Shown here: positions 1 to 8,673 of the stretch, piece by piece
How positions within the stretch are numbered: position 1 is the first letter of the stretch
Layout: every line of letters starts with the position of its first letter
Virus record (IMG/VR): IMGVR_UViG_3300013936_000020
Direction: 5' to 3' (one strand)
From: an uncultured virus (IMG/VR IMGVR_UViG_3300013936_000020)
Lineage: Duplodnaviria; Heunggongvirae; Uroviricota; Caudoviricetes
DNA: 32,005 bases
Translations under genes and position numbers: made by a program
Notes under the pieces: model-generated
Told to the model about the DNA's origin: nothing
Seen by the model: only the letters and a program-made list of their open reading frames with translations
The model's database searches: none

Positions 1-353
1 CCAACGTGCAGCCGAAGGAACTTCTCGGTCGTGTATTCGATGTCGTGGACTACGAGATGCGGAAGAACGGCAAGGGCGAGGTGAACTGGGTGAAGCTGCT
101 CATCTGTTACGAGGAGGTGGATGCCGACGGCGTGCTGACAGGCAAGAAGGCGATGTGCGAGGTGCATGGCGACTACCACGGCATCTACACCTATCTGCTT
201 GCTGCGGAGAAGGCTTTCGGTGGGAAAGGAGCGATATTGCCAATAGAGGATGCGGAGATTGTCAACTCCTGCGGATACATCTTCAAGGACTCCACCAACA
301 TGATGAGATACTTCGAGGATTTTATTAACAAGAATAGAAATAATAGATTATGA
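1..353 (+). CDS. Hypothetical phage protein, 5'-truncated by the window edge
   Basis: Frame is open from the window start (..NVQPKELL); the stop overlaps the next ATG (ATGA coupling at 350-353). Confidence 0.6.
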   Translation, partial: NVQPKELLGRVFDVVDYEMRKNGKGEVNWVKLLICYEEVDADGVLTGKKAMCEVHGDYHGIYTYLLAAEKAFGGKGAILPIEDAEIVNSCGYIFKDSTNMMRYFEDFINKNRNNRL

Positions 354-1117
354 TTGCAAAGAATTATATCGAGCTGCCTACTGAAGGCTTAGTAAGGGGC
401 AGTATCTTGGACGAGGGGAATGCCGTGACCGTGTATCTGGACGTACACAACGAGGAGATTCCTGTGTTTAGTGGAGACGAGACGGAATCGGAGGATGTAT
501 CGTACAAAGAGGTCAAGGTAGGCTATCCTGTGAGGGTGGAGAAGCCTCTGACGGAGGCGAGACTGGTCAACGCTGCCTTGCAACTCGCTTACGGCTTGCG
601 TGACAACGATGATGTCTCTCGCTTTAACGCCGACATGTCGGTAAAGATTACCTCTGATGCAAACGATGATGACGTGACAGAGTATCTTGGTTTCTTGCAG
701 TGGGTGAAGCTGGAGTATGCGAAGGCGACAGGAAGCGTGAGCGATCTTGATGCAGCCAAGCAACATGTGCTGTCGGAGATAGAGGCTTACGACACGTCAT
801 CTGCCGTAAACGGATTCAAGCTCAATGGTCAGACTGTATGGCTTGACAAGGCTACTCGTGTGGGACTGATGAACTCTACAAACATCGCCAAGTCAATGGG
901 AAAGGAAAGTACGGATTTGTGGCTTGGGAACGTTAAGATTGAGGTGGGATGCGACAAGGCTATTCAACTGTTGTCTGCCTTGGAGATGTACGCACTTGAG
1001 TGCTTCAACGTGACTGCTGCACACAAGAAGGAAATAGAGGAGTTGGCTACCATCGACGAGGTGGATGCATACGACATCACAATGGGCTATCCTGCACAGT
1101 TGGAAATGAAGATTTGA
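350..1117 (+). CDS. DUF4376-like tail-fibre-associated protein
   Basis: C-terminal IEAYDTSSAVNGF..WLDKATRVGL..ALEMYALECFNVTAAHK..GYP pattern typical of this Bacteroidales phage family; position upstream of lysis. Confidence 0.7.
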   Translation: MIAKNYIELPTEGLVRGSILDEGNAVTVYLDVHNEEIPVFSGDETESEDVSYKEVKVGYPVRVEKPLTEARLVNAALQLAYGLRDNDDVSRFNADMSVKITSDANDDDVTEYLGFLQWVKLEYAKATGSVSDLDAAKQHVLSEIEAYDTSSAVNGFKLNGQTVWLDKATRVGLMNSTNIAKSMGKESTDLWLGNVKIEVGCDKAIQLLSALEMYALECFNVTAAHKKEIEELATIDEVDAYDITMGYPAQLEMKI

Positions 1118-1174
1118 GTTATATTAAGGGAAGTTAGGGGAAATTCCCTCTGATTTCCCCTAATAAAAAAAGAA

Positions 1175-1741
1175 ATGATTATGTGGTTATTGAGTTTGAT
1201 TTCATTTCTCCTGCTTGGGGGATATTTGTTTTTGTTGGCTATGCGCTTCGGCATTCCAGACATGGTGAGTGATACTTACTATCAGTTGCAAGGTTGTGTT
1301 GGTAGCGAAGTGATAGGCGACAAGCGTAAGCGAAAATATGGTGCTGTTTTCACTGCCATCATGATTCTCGTTGGAGGCTTGATGATGGTGTGTTTGCTTG
1401 ATAGCGAGCAAGGTGTTCAGTGTCTCGCCTTTACAGGTTGTGCAGGCTTGTGTTTTGTTGGCATCGCTCCTAATTATATAGACAGGGATGTATATCCGAT
1501 TCACAAGGGCGGTGCTATCGTGGCGGCTGTCGGTTGCGTGGGTTGGTGCCTGAGCATCTGTCTGTGGATTACATTGGCTGTCGGAGTTGTCTATCTGTTA
1601 TATCTGCTATATGCGGATATTACGAGGAAAGCAAACGATATGTGGCATATCAGTAACGCCACTCCTAAGTTCCATCCTTGGTATTGGGCGGAGGTGACAG
1701 GCTTCCTTGATGTATTTCTTACTTATTGGATATGCGTATGA
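1175..1741 (+). CDS. Multi-pass membrane protein
   Basis: 188 aa with ~5 hydrophobic segments; A-rich Bacteroidetes-type initiation region. Confidence 0.75.
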   Translation: MIMWLLSLISFLLLGGYLFLLAMRFGIPDMVSDTYYQLQGCVGSEVIGDKRKRKYGAVFTAIMILVGGLMMVCLLDSEQGVQCLAFTGCAGLCFVGIAPNYIDRDVYPIHKGGAIVAAVGCVGWCLSICLWITLAVGVVYLLYLLYADITRKANDMWHISNATPKFHPWYWAEVTGFLDVFLTYWICV

Positions 1742-2007
1742 GAGGGTTTTGTAAAAGATTGTTTACGTTTGACATGCGAGATGTCATCGGTGTTTTTTGT
1801 TGGTTCTTCTTGAGCGTTGTAATAGGTTTTCCTGCTTTTCCTATTATGGTTGTCAGGGAGGTGTATCAGTGGAAACGATACAAGTTGAAGAAGTTCGAGT
1901 GGGAGGATGTCATAAGGTATGGTATCATTATCGTCCTTGGCAGCATTGGAAGTCTTTACTTAGAGAATATACTCTTTGGCATAAGGCATGTGTTTCATTT
2001 TACTTAG
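1726..2007 (+). CDS. Small membrane protein (start may be 1738)
   Basis: Two hydrophobic segments; overlaps the upstream stop. Confidence 0.6.
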   Translation: MDMRMRGFCKRLFTFDMRDVIGVFCWFFLSVVIGFPAFPIMVVREVYQWKRYKLKKFEWEDVIRYGIIIVLGSIGSLYLENILFGIRHVFHFT

Positions 2008-2041
2008 TTACTTTATTAGGTTTTAAGTTTTTATGTTTTTG

Positions 2042-2071
2042 AAGGCTGCTGTCCGTGAGGATGGTAGCCTT
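2042..2071 (+). terminator. GUGA-loop hairpin, probable intrinsic terminator
   Basis: AAGGCTGCTGTCC-GTGA-GGATGGTAGCCTT followed by TGTTT. Confidence 0.6.
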
Positions 2072-2205
2072 TGTTTATATACATCAAGTTTTTTCAGTGT
2101 CGTTTCAGTATTTTTCAGTGTTTCATTCCTACAAATGAAACTGTTTCCTTGTAGAAATGAAACTATATTTTTCTGATTTTACAAGAGAGTTCTTGATTTT
2201 CTTGC

Positions 2206-2213
2206 TAACTTTG
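2206..2213 (+). promoter_or_regulatory. Bacteroidetes primary-sigma -7 element
   Basis: TAACTTTG matches TAnnTTTG, 30 nt before ATG 2244; no clear TTTG at -33. Confidence 0.6.
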
Positions 2214-2243
2214 CGGGCGGTAATATCAATAACTTAAATTTAT

Positions 2244-2756
2244 ATGAGTATGAGTAAGGAAGATGAGGAAAACCTCTTGCGATGGATGCAAGGGAAAGAT
2301 GTCAGTGAGATGATGGCTTTGCTTATGAAGCATGGCAATCGGTATTCACGCAGGATATTGAGTTTCTTTCGGTGGTTCTGTAAGTGGATGCCTGTAATCA
2401 TCATGGTGTTTCACGCATACGGAATATGGGATTTCGCACAGCATCCAAGGGAGATGTTCGAGCCTTACGAGGAGAACTTGCCTTGTTACCTTTTTATTTA
2501 TTTTATGCTCTACATCTTGCCGATGGTAATTATCTTGGCAAGCAGATTCTTCTACCTCTGTTGGCGTTATAGGATTCCGTTCTTCTATTTCTTCGGCATC
2601 AATGCCGCCCACATCGTGGAGTGGAGCTGGTACACGACCAACGACATGGTGGAGTCCTGCTATACAGTAATGGTAGTTACCGCCATGTTCTACGTGTATG
2701 GCTTTGCGGACATGTTCATCAACAAGACAAAGATAGGGCGGAAGATTTGCGCATAG
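2244..2756 (+). CDS. Membrane protein (about 4 TM), first gene of an uncharacterised cassette
   Basis: 170 aa with aromatic-rich hydrophobic helices; has its own promoter. Confidence 0.75.
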   Translation: MSMSKEDEENLLRWMQGKDVSEMMALLMKHGNRYSRRILSFFRWFCKWMPVIIMVFHAYGIWDFAQHPREMFEPYEENLPCYLFIYFMLYILPMVIILASRFFYLCWRYRIPFFYFFGINAAHIVEWSWYTTNDMVESCYTVMVVTAMFYVYGFADMFINKTKIGRKICA

Positions 2757-2795
2757 AGCTTGTTTTTGTGAGAATTTCGTAAAATCAAAGAGAAC

Positions 2796-3134
2796 ATGAA
2801 GAATATATTGAATTATAAATTACTTGGCGCAGCCTTGAAGTCTTTGAGCGATGCTTGCTTCAAGGCTGACGAGCAACAGAGAAATGGAGAGAAGGTAACG
2901 GCTTGTGGAATGAGCGACGAGGATTTGGATAGGTTGTGCGACATCATACCAGACATGCTCAACCCGATGATGAGCACGGAGGAGGTCAAGGAGAAGCTGC
3001 ACGTGTCGGACGCTACATTGAACAGAATGGTGTGTCGTGGGGACATACCGAATGGAGAGTGCAAGAAGCGAGGGCATACGAGATACTGGAAGAAATGGGA
3101 CATCCTACATTTCTTGAAGAAGAGGGGCAAGTGA
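2796..3134 (+). CDS. HTH (AlpA/HTH_17-like) DNA-binding protein
   Basis: C-terminal MSTEEVKEKLHVSDATLNRMVCRGDIP..RYW motif. Confidence 0.75.
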   Translation: MKNILNYKLLGAALKSLSDACFKADEQQRNGEKVTACGMSDEDLDRLCDIIPDMLNPMMSTEEVKEKLHVSDATLNRMVCRGDIPNGECKKRGHTRYWKKWDILHFLKKRGK

Positions 3135-3277
3135 TTGCTTCTCTTTTTTGTTTCCATTTCTTTCCAGTTCTTCCAACATTGGAAAGGATGATACTACCTA
3201 CTATCACCTTAAATCTCTGATAATCAACCACTAAAAGAAATTGTGAGCGAGTTACATTCTATCTCGCATATTCAGAG

Positions 3278-3285
3278 TACCTTTG
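3278..3285 (+). promoter_or_regulatory. Bacteroidetes -7 promoter element for the 3346-5562 operon
   Basis: TACCTTTG, no consensus -33; upstream inverted repeat 3184-3210 and downstream palindrome GTAACGTTAC 3291-3300. Confidence 0.6.
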
Positions 3286-3345
3286 CATCCGTAACGTTAC
3301 ATAGTGTTAGTTAATATTTAAGGATAACTTAAAAAGATTGTTTTT

Positions 3346-4074
3346 ATGGAAATGACAGATGCAAAGGTCGTGGAGAAGAAAATCTACGAGGAAGGAAAGA
3401 AGCACGACGAGTATGCTTCTAAGGGTGTAGCTGGCACAGGCTTAGGCTTGGGCATAGCAGGCACAGCTCTCGGTCTTGGTGCTTGGTTGCTTGGCAATCG
3501 CAGTCCGTTCGGTTCAATCGGCGGTAATATGCCAGACAACGTGAATATCAACACCTATGGAGGTATGACAGGAAGCAATTCCGCTCCAACCGCATTGCAA
3601 GTGATGGAGAAGGAGAACGCCGACGAAGTGGCTCTCTTGGAGAAGATGTACGGTTTGAAGCTCGACACAGCCAACAAGTTCTATCAGATGCGTGAAACGG
3701 ACATCGCCGAGAAGTTCAGCATGTACAAGGGCGGCGTGGAAGCATTGAACGCAGAGAACCGCCGTGCCGAGCGTGCTGAGTTCGGTCTTTACAAGTCTCA
3801 GGTAGAGGCAGACTTCGGTCTGTATAAGAATCAGCGAGACCAGTTTGATGCCTTGAGCGCAAAGTACAACGAGCTTGACAAGAAGGTCGCTGTAATGGAA
3901 GCCCTAACTCCTTACAAGGAGAAACTGATGATGGCTTACGTGAACGAGAAGACCTGTCGCTGTATCTACGGTGTCGTAGGCTTGCCAAACGCAACCACTA
4001 CCGTATTGGAGGGTGCAAACCCTTTCGGATGCAACTGCGGACGTACGACTACGACAACTACAACAGGAGCGTAG
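3346..4074 (+). CDS. Conserved phage protein with glycine-zipper hydrophobic segment and coiled coil
   Basis: GVAGTGLGLGIAGTALGLGAWLLG; internal repeats (AEFGLYKSQ/ADFGLYKNQ); heptad-like region; Cys-containing tail. Confidence 0.85.
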   Translation: MEMTDAKVVEKKIYEEGKKHDEYASKGVAGTGLGLGIAGTALGLGAWLLGNRSPFGSIGGNMPDNVNINTYGGMTGSNSAPTALQVMEKENADEVALLEKMYGLKLDTANKFYQMRETDIAEKFSMYKGGVEALNAENRRAERAEFGLYKSQVEADFGLYKNQRDQFDALSAKYNELDKKVAVMEALTPYKEKLMMAYVNEKTCRCIYGVVGLPNATTTVLEGANPFGCNCGRTTTTTTTGA

Positions 4075-4112
4075 TAAAAAGAAAGTCTGCAAAGGCTAAG
4101 AAGAAATGAGTT

Positions 4113-4153
4113 GGTGAGGGGTGTTTGCCCTCGTTGGCGGATGCCCTCTCACC
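4113..4153 (+). other. Long intercistronic RNA hairpin (stabiliser or partial terminator)
   Basis: GGTGAGGGGTGTTTGCC..GGCGGATGCCCTCTCACC with G.U pairs that favour the + strand. Confidence 0.6.
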
Positions 4154-4193
4154 TTCTCTACAACATATCACCAACTTAAAAGATATATTGATT

Positions 4194-4682
4194 ATGATGA
4201 ACTTTGGAAACAGTCCATTGTTGGACGTTGGCACGACACAGCAACCGCAGACTATGGATGCGGAATTGAGAAATGCTTACGAGGCATTGCAAGAGAAGCG
4301 AGCCTCCATCAACATGCAGGTAAGGCAGTCTCCCACCCCACTCTGGGACGAGATAGACAAGATAGAGGACAGCTTGACTGGAGCACAGAGACAGTACTTG
4401 ATGAATAACAAGGAATATGCCGATAGCTCGGTATATGTGTCGAAGATAGTGCAAGACGAGATTCTGCGTATCGTGAGACCTCGTATAGAAGCGACCGTGC
4501 AAGGACAGGAAGCGTTGAAGAAACATCTATCCTTGGCTAAGAGGCTAAGGAAGGAGGCTACGCAAGCCGAGGAGCAAAAGAACGCCATCCGTGACGAGTA
4601 CTTCGACAACTACGCCGACAAGATGAGCTATGCAGAGTTCATCGCCATGAAACAAGGTAAGAAAGGAGGGGCAAAGAAATGA
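4194..4682 (+). CDS. Helical hypothetical protein of the cassette
   Basis: Start reassigned to ATG 4194 (AT-rich leader, downstream of the hairpin); coupled to the next gene. Confidence 0.8.
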   Translation: MMNFGNSPLLDVGTTQQPQTMDAELRNAYEALQEKRASINMQVRQSPTPLWDEIDKIEDSLTGAQRQYLMNNKEYADSSVYVSKIVQDEILRIVRPRIEATVQGQEALKKHLSLAKRLRKEATQAEEQKNAIRDEYFDNYADKMSYAEFIAMKQGKKGGAKK

Positions 4683-5110
4683 AGATAGTGGAACTGAAAG
4701 AGAAATTGCTTGCGTCCATCGACCTTTGGGCTGACGCAAGGATTGACGACATGGTTAAGGGCAACCCGATGATGGCTGTACCTTCCGTATATATGAAGCG
4801 AGCGGCGCACAATGTAATTGCAAAGAACAAAGAAAAGTGGAGCAAAGGTATTGATGACGCCGCCTTGTTTGTCACAGATGAGAACGGAGATGTAAACGCA
4901 GACACCATATTTGACGACATGATGCAGATGCTCAAATCCGTGCAAGACTTCCATTTTGACGTTGGTTTCATTCACGGACACATCAATGATGGTATCATAA
5001 GCATTGATATGCCCGACAACATACTGACGGCGATATTCCTCGGAAGCAAGCGAAGCATTAGTATTACTCCAGATGATTTCTTGGAGTTAAAGACATTGAT
5101 AACAGAATAG
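4679..5110 (+). CDS. Hypothetical protein of the cassette
   Basis: 143-aa ORF with ATGA overlap to the upstream gene. Confidence 0.8.
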   Translation: MKIVELKEKLLASIDLWADARIDDMVKGNPMMAVPSVYMKRAAHNVIAKNKEKWSKGIDDAALFVTDENGDVNADTIFDDMMQMLKSVQDFHFDVGFIHGHINDGIISIDMPDNILTAIFLGSKRSISITPDDFLELKTLITE

Positions 5111-5133
5111 TATTACTTTTAACGATTGATAAG

Positions 5134-5562
5134 ATGAAAAAGGTATTCGAAAGAGTTTTGGCTTGTGATGATATACAAGCGGTAAAGAACGTTGTATCCA
5201 TCATGGCAGAGTCATGTGATATTGGGATGAACGACTCCTGCGCCCTGGAAATGATGAAACAGGTGCAGGGAGAAATCGGTGCGTGCCACTACGACGAGGA
5301 AATGGCAAAGATGCACCTTTGTCTAATCGGCAACATACATTGCATCGACGCTGCGAAAGATTTCTTTTGTAAAGTAAAGAACGACAAAATTAACGTTTGG
5401 GACTGGTGTGTGCTTTGGGGAGAGATGGTTAATAGAAATGCTACGAAAATTCGTTCATGGTTTCCAAACATCAGAGAAATAGACTTTGAGAAAAAGATAT
5501 TAGATGAGTGTATATCATTCCTCGAAAGCGGTCAGATGCCTTTTTACGACCTAAAATTGTGA
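5134..5562 (+). CDS. Hypothetical protein, last gene of the cassette
   Basis: 142 aa; HYDEEMAK..INVWDWCV pattern; Cys-rich. Confidence 0.8.
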   Translation: MKKVFERVLACDDIQAVKNVVSIMAESCDIGMNDSCALEMMKQVQGEIGACHYDEEMAKMHLCLIGNIHCIDAAKDFFCKVKNDKINVWDWCVLWGEMVNRNATKIRSWFPNIREIDFEKKILDECISFLESGQMPFYDLKL

Positions 5563-5577
5563 TTTATTTGTCGTTGT

Positions 5578-5609
5578 CTTGTGAGTCTCGATTTATTTTG
5601 CTATCTTTG
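5578..5609 (+). promoter_or_regulatory. Promoter upstream of the lysis module
   Basis: CTTG-N20-TATCTTTG (-33/-7). Confidence 0.6.
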
Positions 5610-5651
5610 CGGAGTAAACCGAGACTTATATTTTTATTCAGGATAACGACA

Positions 5652-6209
5652 ATGATTCAGACAACGACAGATGTAGTAGGCAACACTGGAACAAGGTTTC
5701 TTGGTGGGCTATTGAGCGCAGAAATGATAGCGGTATTCTACGATATGCGGTGGATGCTGTTATTGATAGCTTTGTGCGTGATTGCTGACTTTCGGTATGG
5801 CTGGGGTGAAAGCTCACGGCGGTATTCGGAAGCAGAGAAAGCAGGTGATAAACTCTTGATGGTTCAATATAAGTGGCGAACGTCGAGGGCTGTGCGTAGA
5901 ACGGTGAACAAACTTATAGACTATTGCGTGTGGATAGTCGTTGGCATGGCTATTGGCATGGCTATTTTAGAGCCGATTGGCGTCAATCACATTTTCGGAG
6001 GTGTTGGAGCAACTGCAATCGCCGTAGTGTGCGAAGCGAAAAGTTTCTTCGGACATTTCTTCTATTTACACGGAGTAAACGTAGAGCAAAAGACTATTAC
6101 TGGGTTTATGAAAGCTATCATCGTGGCACTCGCTAAATCAAAGAACGAGACATTCGGAGAGGCATTGGAGGATGGATTGGAAAAGGAGGTACAAGATGGC
6201 AAATCATAA
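5652..6209 (+). CDS. Phage holin (Bacteroidales type)
   Basis: About 3 TM segments; ADFRYG..SRAVRRTVNKLIDY motif; directly upstream of the endolysin; start reassigned to ATG 5652. Confidence 0.8.
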   Translation: MIQTTTDVVGNTGTRFLGGLLSAEMIAVFYDMRWMLLLIALCVIADFRYGWGESSRRYSEAEKAGDKLLMVQYKWRTSRAVRRTVNKLIDYCVWIVVGMAIGMAILEPIGVNHIFGGVGATAIAVVCEAKSFFGHFFYLHGVNVEQKTITGFMKAIIVALAKSKNETFGEALEDGLEKEVQDGKS

Positions 6210-6729
6210 GATATTAGCTCCGTTCATTCTTTCCCACGAAGGAGGATTCTCTAATGACAAGAACGACCATGGAGGCGCAACGATGAAAGGTGTTACGCTT
6301 GCGACCTTCCGTTCGGTTTACGGACAGGGAAAGACCGTGAACGACTTGAAGAAGATAACCACGGAGCAATGGAACAACATCTTCAAGAAGTACTATTGGG
6401 ACAAATGCAATGCTGATTTGATAGACAATCAGAGCATTGCCAACATGCTCGTCGATTTCGCCTGGCACAGTGGTGTATCTAAGGCTACGGAGGTTATTCA
6501 GAAGATTGTAGGTGTTACCGCTGATGGTATTATTGGCAGGGTAACAATCGGGGCAATTAATGGCTTTAATCGTGGCGATAAAGTATTATTCGACTTGCTA
6601 AAACAAGTTCGCATGGTGTATCTTCGCAGCCGAAAGAATTGGAAATATTTCAAGAACGGTTGGACTACAAGGGTAGAGTCTATCAAGTATGGCTCACTCA
6701 CGTATTCGGGTAAAACTATAAAATGTTGA
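6196..6729 (+). CDS. Endolysin, glycoside hydrolase family 108 with peptidoglycan-binding segment
   Basis: EGGF..D.GG.T..GVT catalytic motif; ADGIIG..T; C-terminal GWTTRV. Confidence 0.92.
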   Translation: MANHKILAPFILSHEGGFSNDKNDHGGATMKGVTLATFRSVYGQGKTVNDLKKITTEQWNNIFKKYYWDKCNADLIDNQSIANMLVDFAWHSGVSKATEVIQKIVGVTADGIIGRVTIGAINGFNRGDKVLFDLLKQVRMVYLRSRKNWKYFKNGWTTRVESIKYGSLTYSGKTIKC

Positions 6730-6733
6730 TGAT

Positions 6734-7171
6734 ATGAGTATAAGATTTGATTGGTGGAAATGGTTGGTGATATGCGCCGTTTCCTTCTTCTGTCTCTCGT
6801 TCTTCTGTAGATGCACGACGACTAAATATGTGCCTGTTACAGAGTATCGGGACAGAGTTGTAAACAAGACGGATAGCTTCTTGAAGCTGGATTCCGTCTA
6901 TGTTCACGACAGCGTATCGGTTTACATTCGAGGCGACACAGTCTTTAAGGATAAGTTTCGACTCCAGTACAAAGACCGATACATCGTAAGAAACAAGTCG
7001 GACACTTTAGTTGTGCGTGATTCGATACCATATAGAGTAACAATCGAGAAGCAATTATCGAAGACTGACAAGGCTTTTATAAACATAGGGAAAATAGCCT
7101 CCGTCCTCCTTTTCGTAGGAGTGCTTGCCTTCATCGGTTGGATATACTGGAGATTGAAATTACACAAATGA
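6734..7171 (+). CDS. Probable unimolecular-spanin-like lipoprotein
   Basis: N-terminal signal ending in Cys, beta-rich DSVYVHDSV repeats and a C-terminal TM helix; follows the endolysin. Confidence 0.65.
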   Translation: MSIRFDWWKWLVICAVSFFCLSFFCRCTTTKYVPVTEYRDRVVNKTDSFLKLDSVYVHDSVSVYIRGDTVFKDKFRLQYKDRYIVRNKSDTLVVRDSIPYRVTIEKQLSKTDKAFINIGKIASVLLFVGVLAFIGWIYWRLKLHK

Positions 7172-7240
7172 TGATACTGGTAAATTCTTTTTCATTTTTA
7201 TTATTTTGTTAGGTTTTTGTTGATTAGTTAGTTGTGAAAA

Positions 7241-7278
7241 CAAAAAGGGGCGACCGTCCGAGAAGGATAGCCGCCCCT
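7241..7278 (-). terminator. Terminator between the convergent lysis and early operons
   Basis: AGGGGCGGCTATCC..GGACGGTCGCCCCT followed by a T-run on the - strand. Confidence 0.7.
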
Positions 7279-7306
7279 AATCATATATGAATAATGCACA
7301 GAAATA

Positions 7307-7795
7307 TCATTCCTCGTCCGCTTGCTCGAATCTGATGCCATACTTATTTACGAAGTATTGCTCTCTTTTCGTACGTCTCGTCTGAGAGTCATAGTACATG
7401 ATTGCATCGTCCACGGTGTCGTAAAAGTAATTATGCTTCCTTGCCAAGTGAAACATTGCCTGTTGTACTTTCTTTGGCGTTATGCAAACCTTGTATTTCG
7501 TCTCTTTCCTCATTCCGCTACGGACACGCCACGACTCGATTCTTCGTATAGTCTTAATCTTCTCGCCCAGCTTAGAGAGGTCTCTTTTTTTCAGTCCCTC
7601 TTGTCTTCGATTGTAGACATAAGCATTGATTCTCGCCTGAGCCTCTTCCGTATGCTTTAGATTGTTCTTTCTTGCGCACCTGATAATTGATGACTTGGCA
7701 AAGCCTGTTGCTTCATGAATCTCCCTTGAAGACATCGTGGGGTAAAGTTCCAGGACCTTCTCCGTCAGTCCTGGGATTTTTGATTGCCACGGCAT
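7307..7795 (-). CDS. Basic hypothetical protein with N-terminal HTH-like segment
   Basis: SSREIHEATGFAKSSIIRCA; K/R-rich; last gene of the leftward operon. Confidence 0.65.
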   Translation of the reverse strand: MPWQSKIPGLTEKVLELYPTMSSREIHEATGFAKSSIIRCARKNNLKHTEEAQARINAYVYNRRQEGLKKRDLSKLGEKIKTIRRIESWRVRSGMRKETKYKVCITPKKVQQAMFHLARKHNYFYDTVDDAIMYYDSQTRRTKREQYFVNKYGIRFEQADEE

Positions 7796-7801
7796 AGGTT
7801 A

Positions 7802-8395
7802 TCATTTAAGACCAGTAGAACCATACCCACCGTCACCTCGGTCTGTTTCGGATAATTCCTCAGTTTCCTCAATTTTAACATGAAGGATAGGTATGATTAT
7901 CATCTGTGCGCAACGATCACCAACATCATACATACGTGGAGGTAAAGGCTTGCAACCTTCTGCGATGTCTGGATAGTTCTCGTTTCTCCCAGGAAATGTC
8001 ACTTCTTGTGTCGAGAAATCCGTTTGCACAGAACCACTATAATCTCCAGGCTCAAAGCCGTTATCAATGATAGTTTTAGGCTCGCTTACGTTTGGCTTAT
8101 CGACAACCAACAATGTAGGTCTGAACTTAGCGAACACCTCACCTCTGTAATGGCAGTCCACCACGCCTACCGAGTTGCTTAGAGTCAAATCCTTCTTACA
8201 GATTGATGAGCGAGGGAACAACAATCCTACATATCCTTCGGGTATCTCGAAGGCAAGCCCGAAGCCGTACACGATATTGCCTTCTTCGTCAAACACTCGA
8301 CTTGTTGCCGTCAAGTCAAATCCTGCATCTGTTGGGTGTGCTTTCGTAGGCACTACCGCATTCTCTGTCAATCTCTTAATCTTTACTTTTACCAT
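7802..8395 (-). CDS. dut: Trimeric dUTPase with a large insertion
   Basis: Motifs AGFDL, PRSS, GVVDCHYRGE, GDRCAQ, RGDGGYGSTG. Confidence 0.95.
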   Translation of the reverse strand: MVKVKIKRLTENAVVPTKAHPTDAGFDLTATSRVFDEEGNIVYGFGLAFEIPEGYVGLLFPRSSICKKDLTLSNSVGVVDCHYRGEVFAKFRPTLLVVDKPNVSEPKTIIDNGFEPGDYSGSVQTDFSTQEVTFPGRNENYPDIAEGCKPLPPRMYDVGDRCAQMIIIPILHVKIEETEELSETDRGDGGYGSTGLK

Positions 8396-8416
8396 TTCTT
8401 TATTATGATTTAAAAA

Positions 8417-8671
8417 TTACTTTTTGTTTCTATACTGTCCGTGCAGGAATTTGAGAACATTAATCATAGCTAACTCATTCATTAGCTTCTGCTCATCGAA
8501 TATAGTCGTTACAGTTGCCTCGTCTCTGTTGAGGTCGTACAGCAATCCATCTGTTGGCTGATTAACAATATTCTCCAATTTCATCTTCACGACACCCTCA
8601 CAAGTGTTAAACAACACGCAACCTTCCTCGAAAGCCTTGCGCTGAACTTCTATTATATCTTTCTTTTCCAT
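8417..8671 (-). CDS. Hypothetical protein
   Basis: Tiles into the leftward operon. Confidence 0.6.
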   Translation of the reverse strand: MEKKDIIEVQRKAFEEGCVLFNTCEGVVKMKLENIVNQPTDGLLYDLNRDEATVTTIFDEQKLMNELAMINVLKFLHGQYRNKK

Positions 8672-8673
8672 AT

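Noticed and set aside
1128..1159. Intrinsic terminator after the DUF4376-like gene
   Set aside because: The hairpin is real but is followed by an A-rich initiation region rather than a U-tract; function cannot be assigned.
4071..4109. Frameshift extension (VVKRKSAKAKKK) of the 242-aa protein
   Set aside because: Tandem TAG TAA stops and no slippery sequence; unsupported without homologs.
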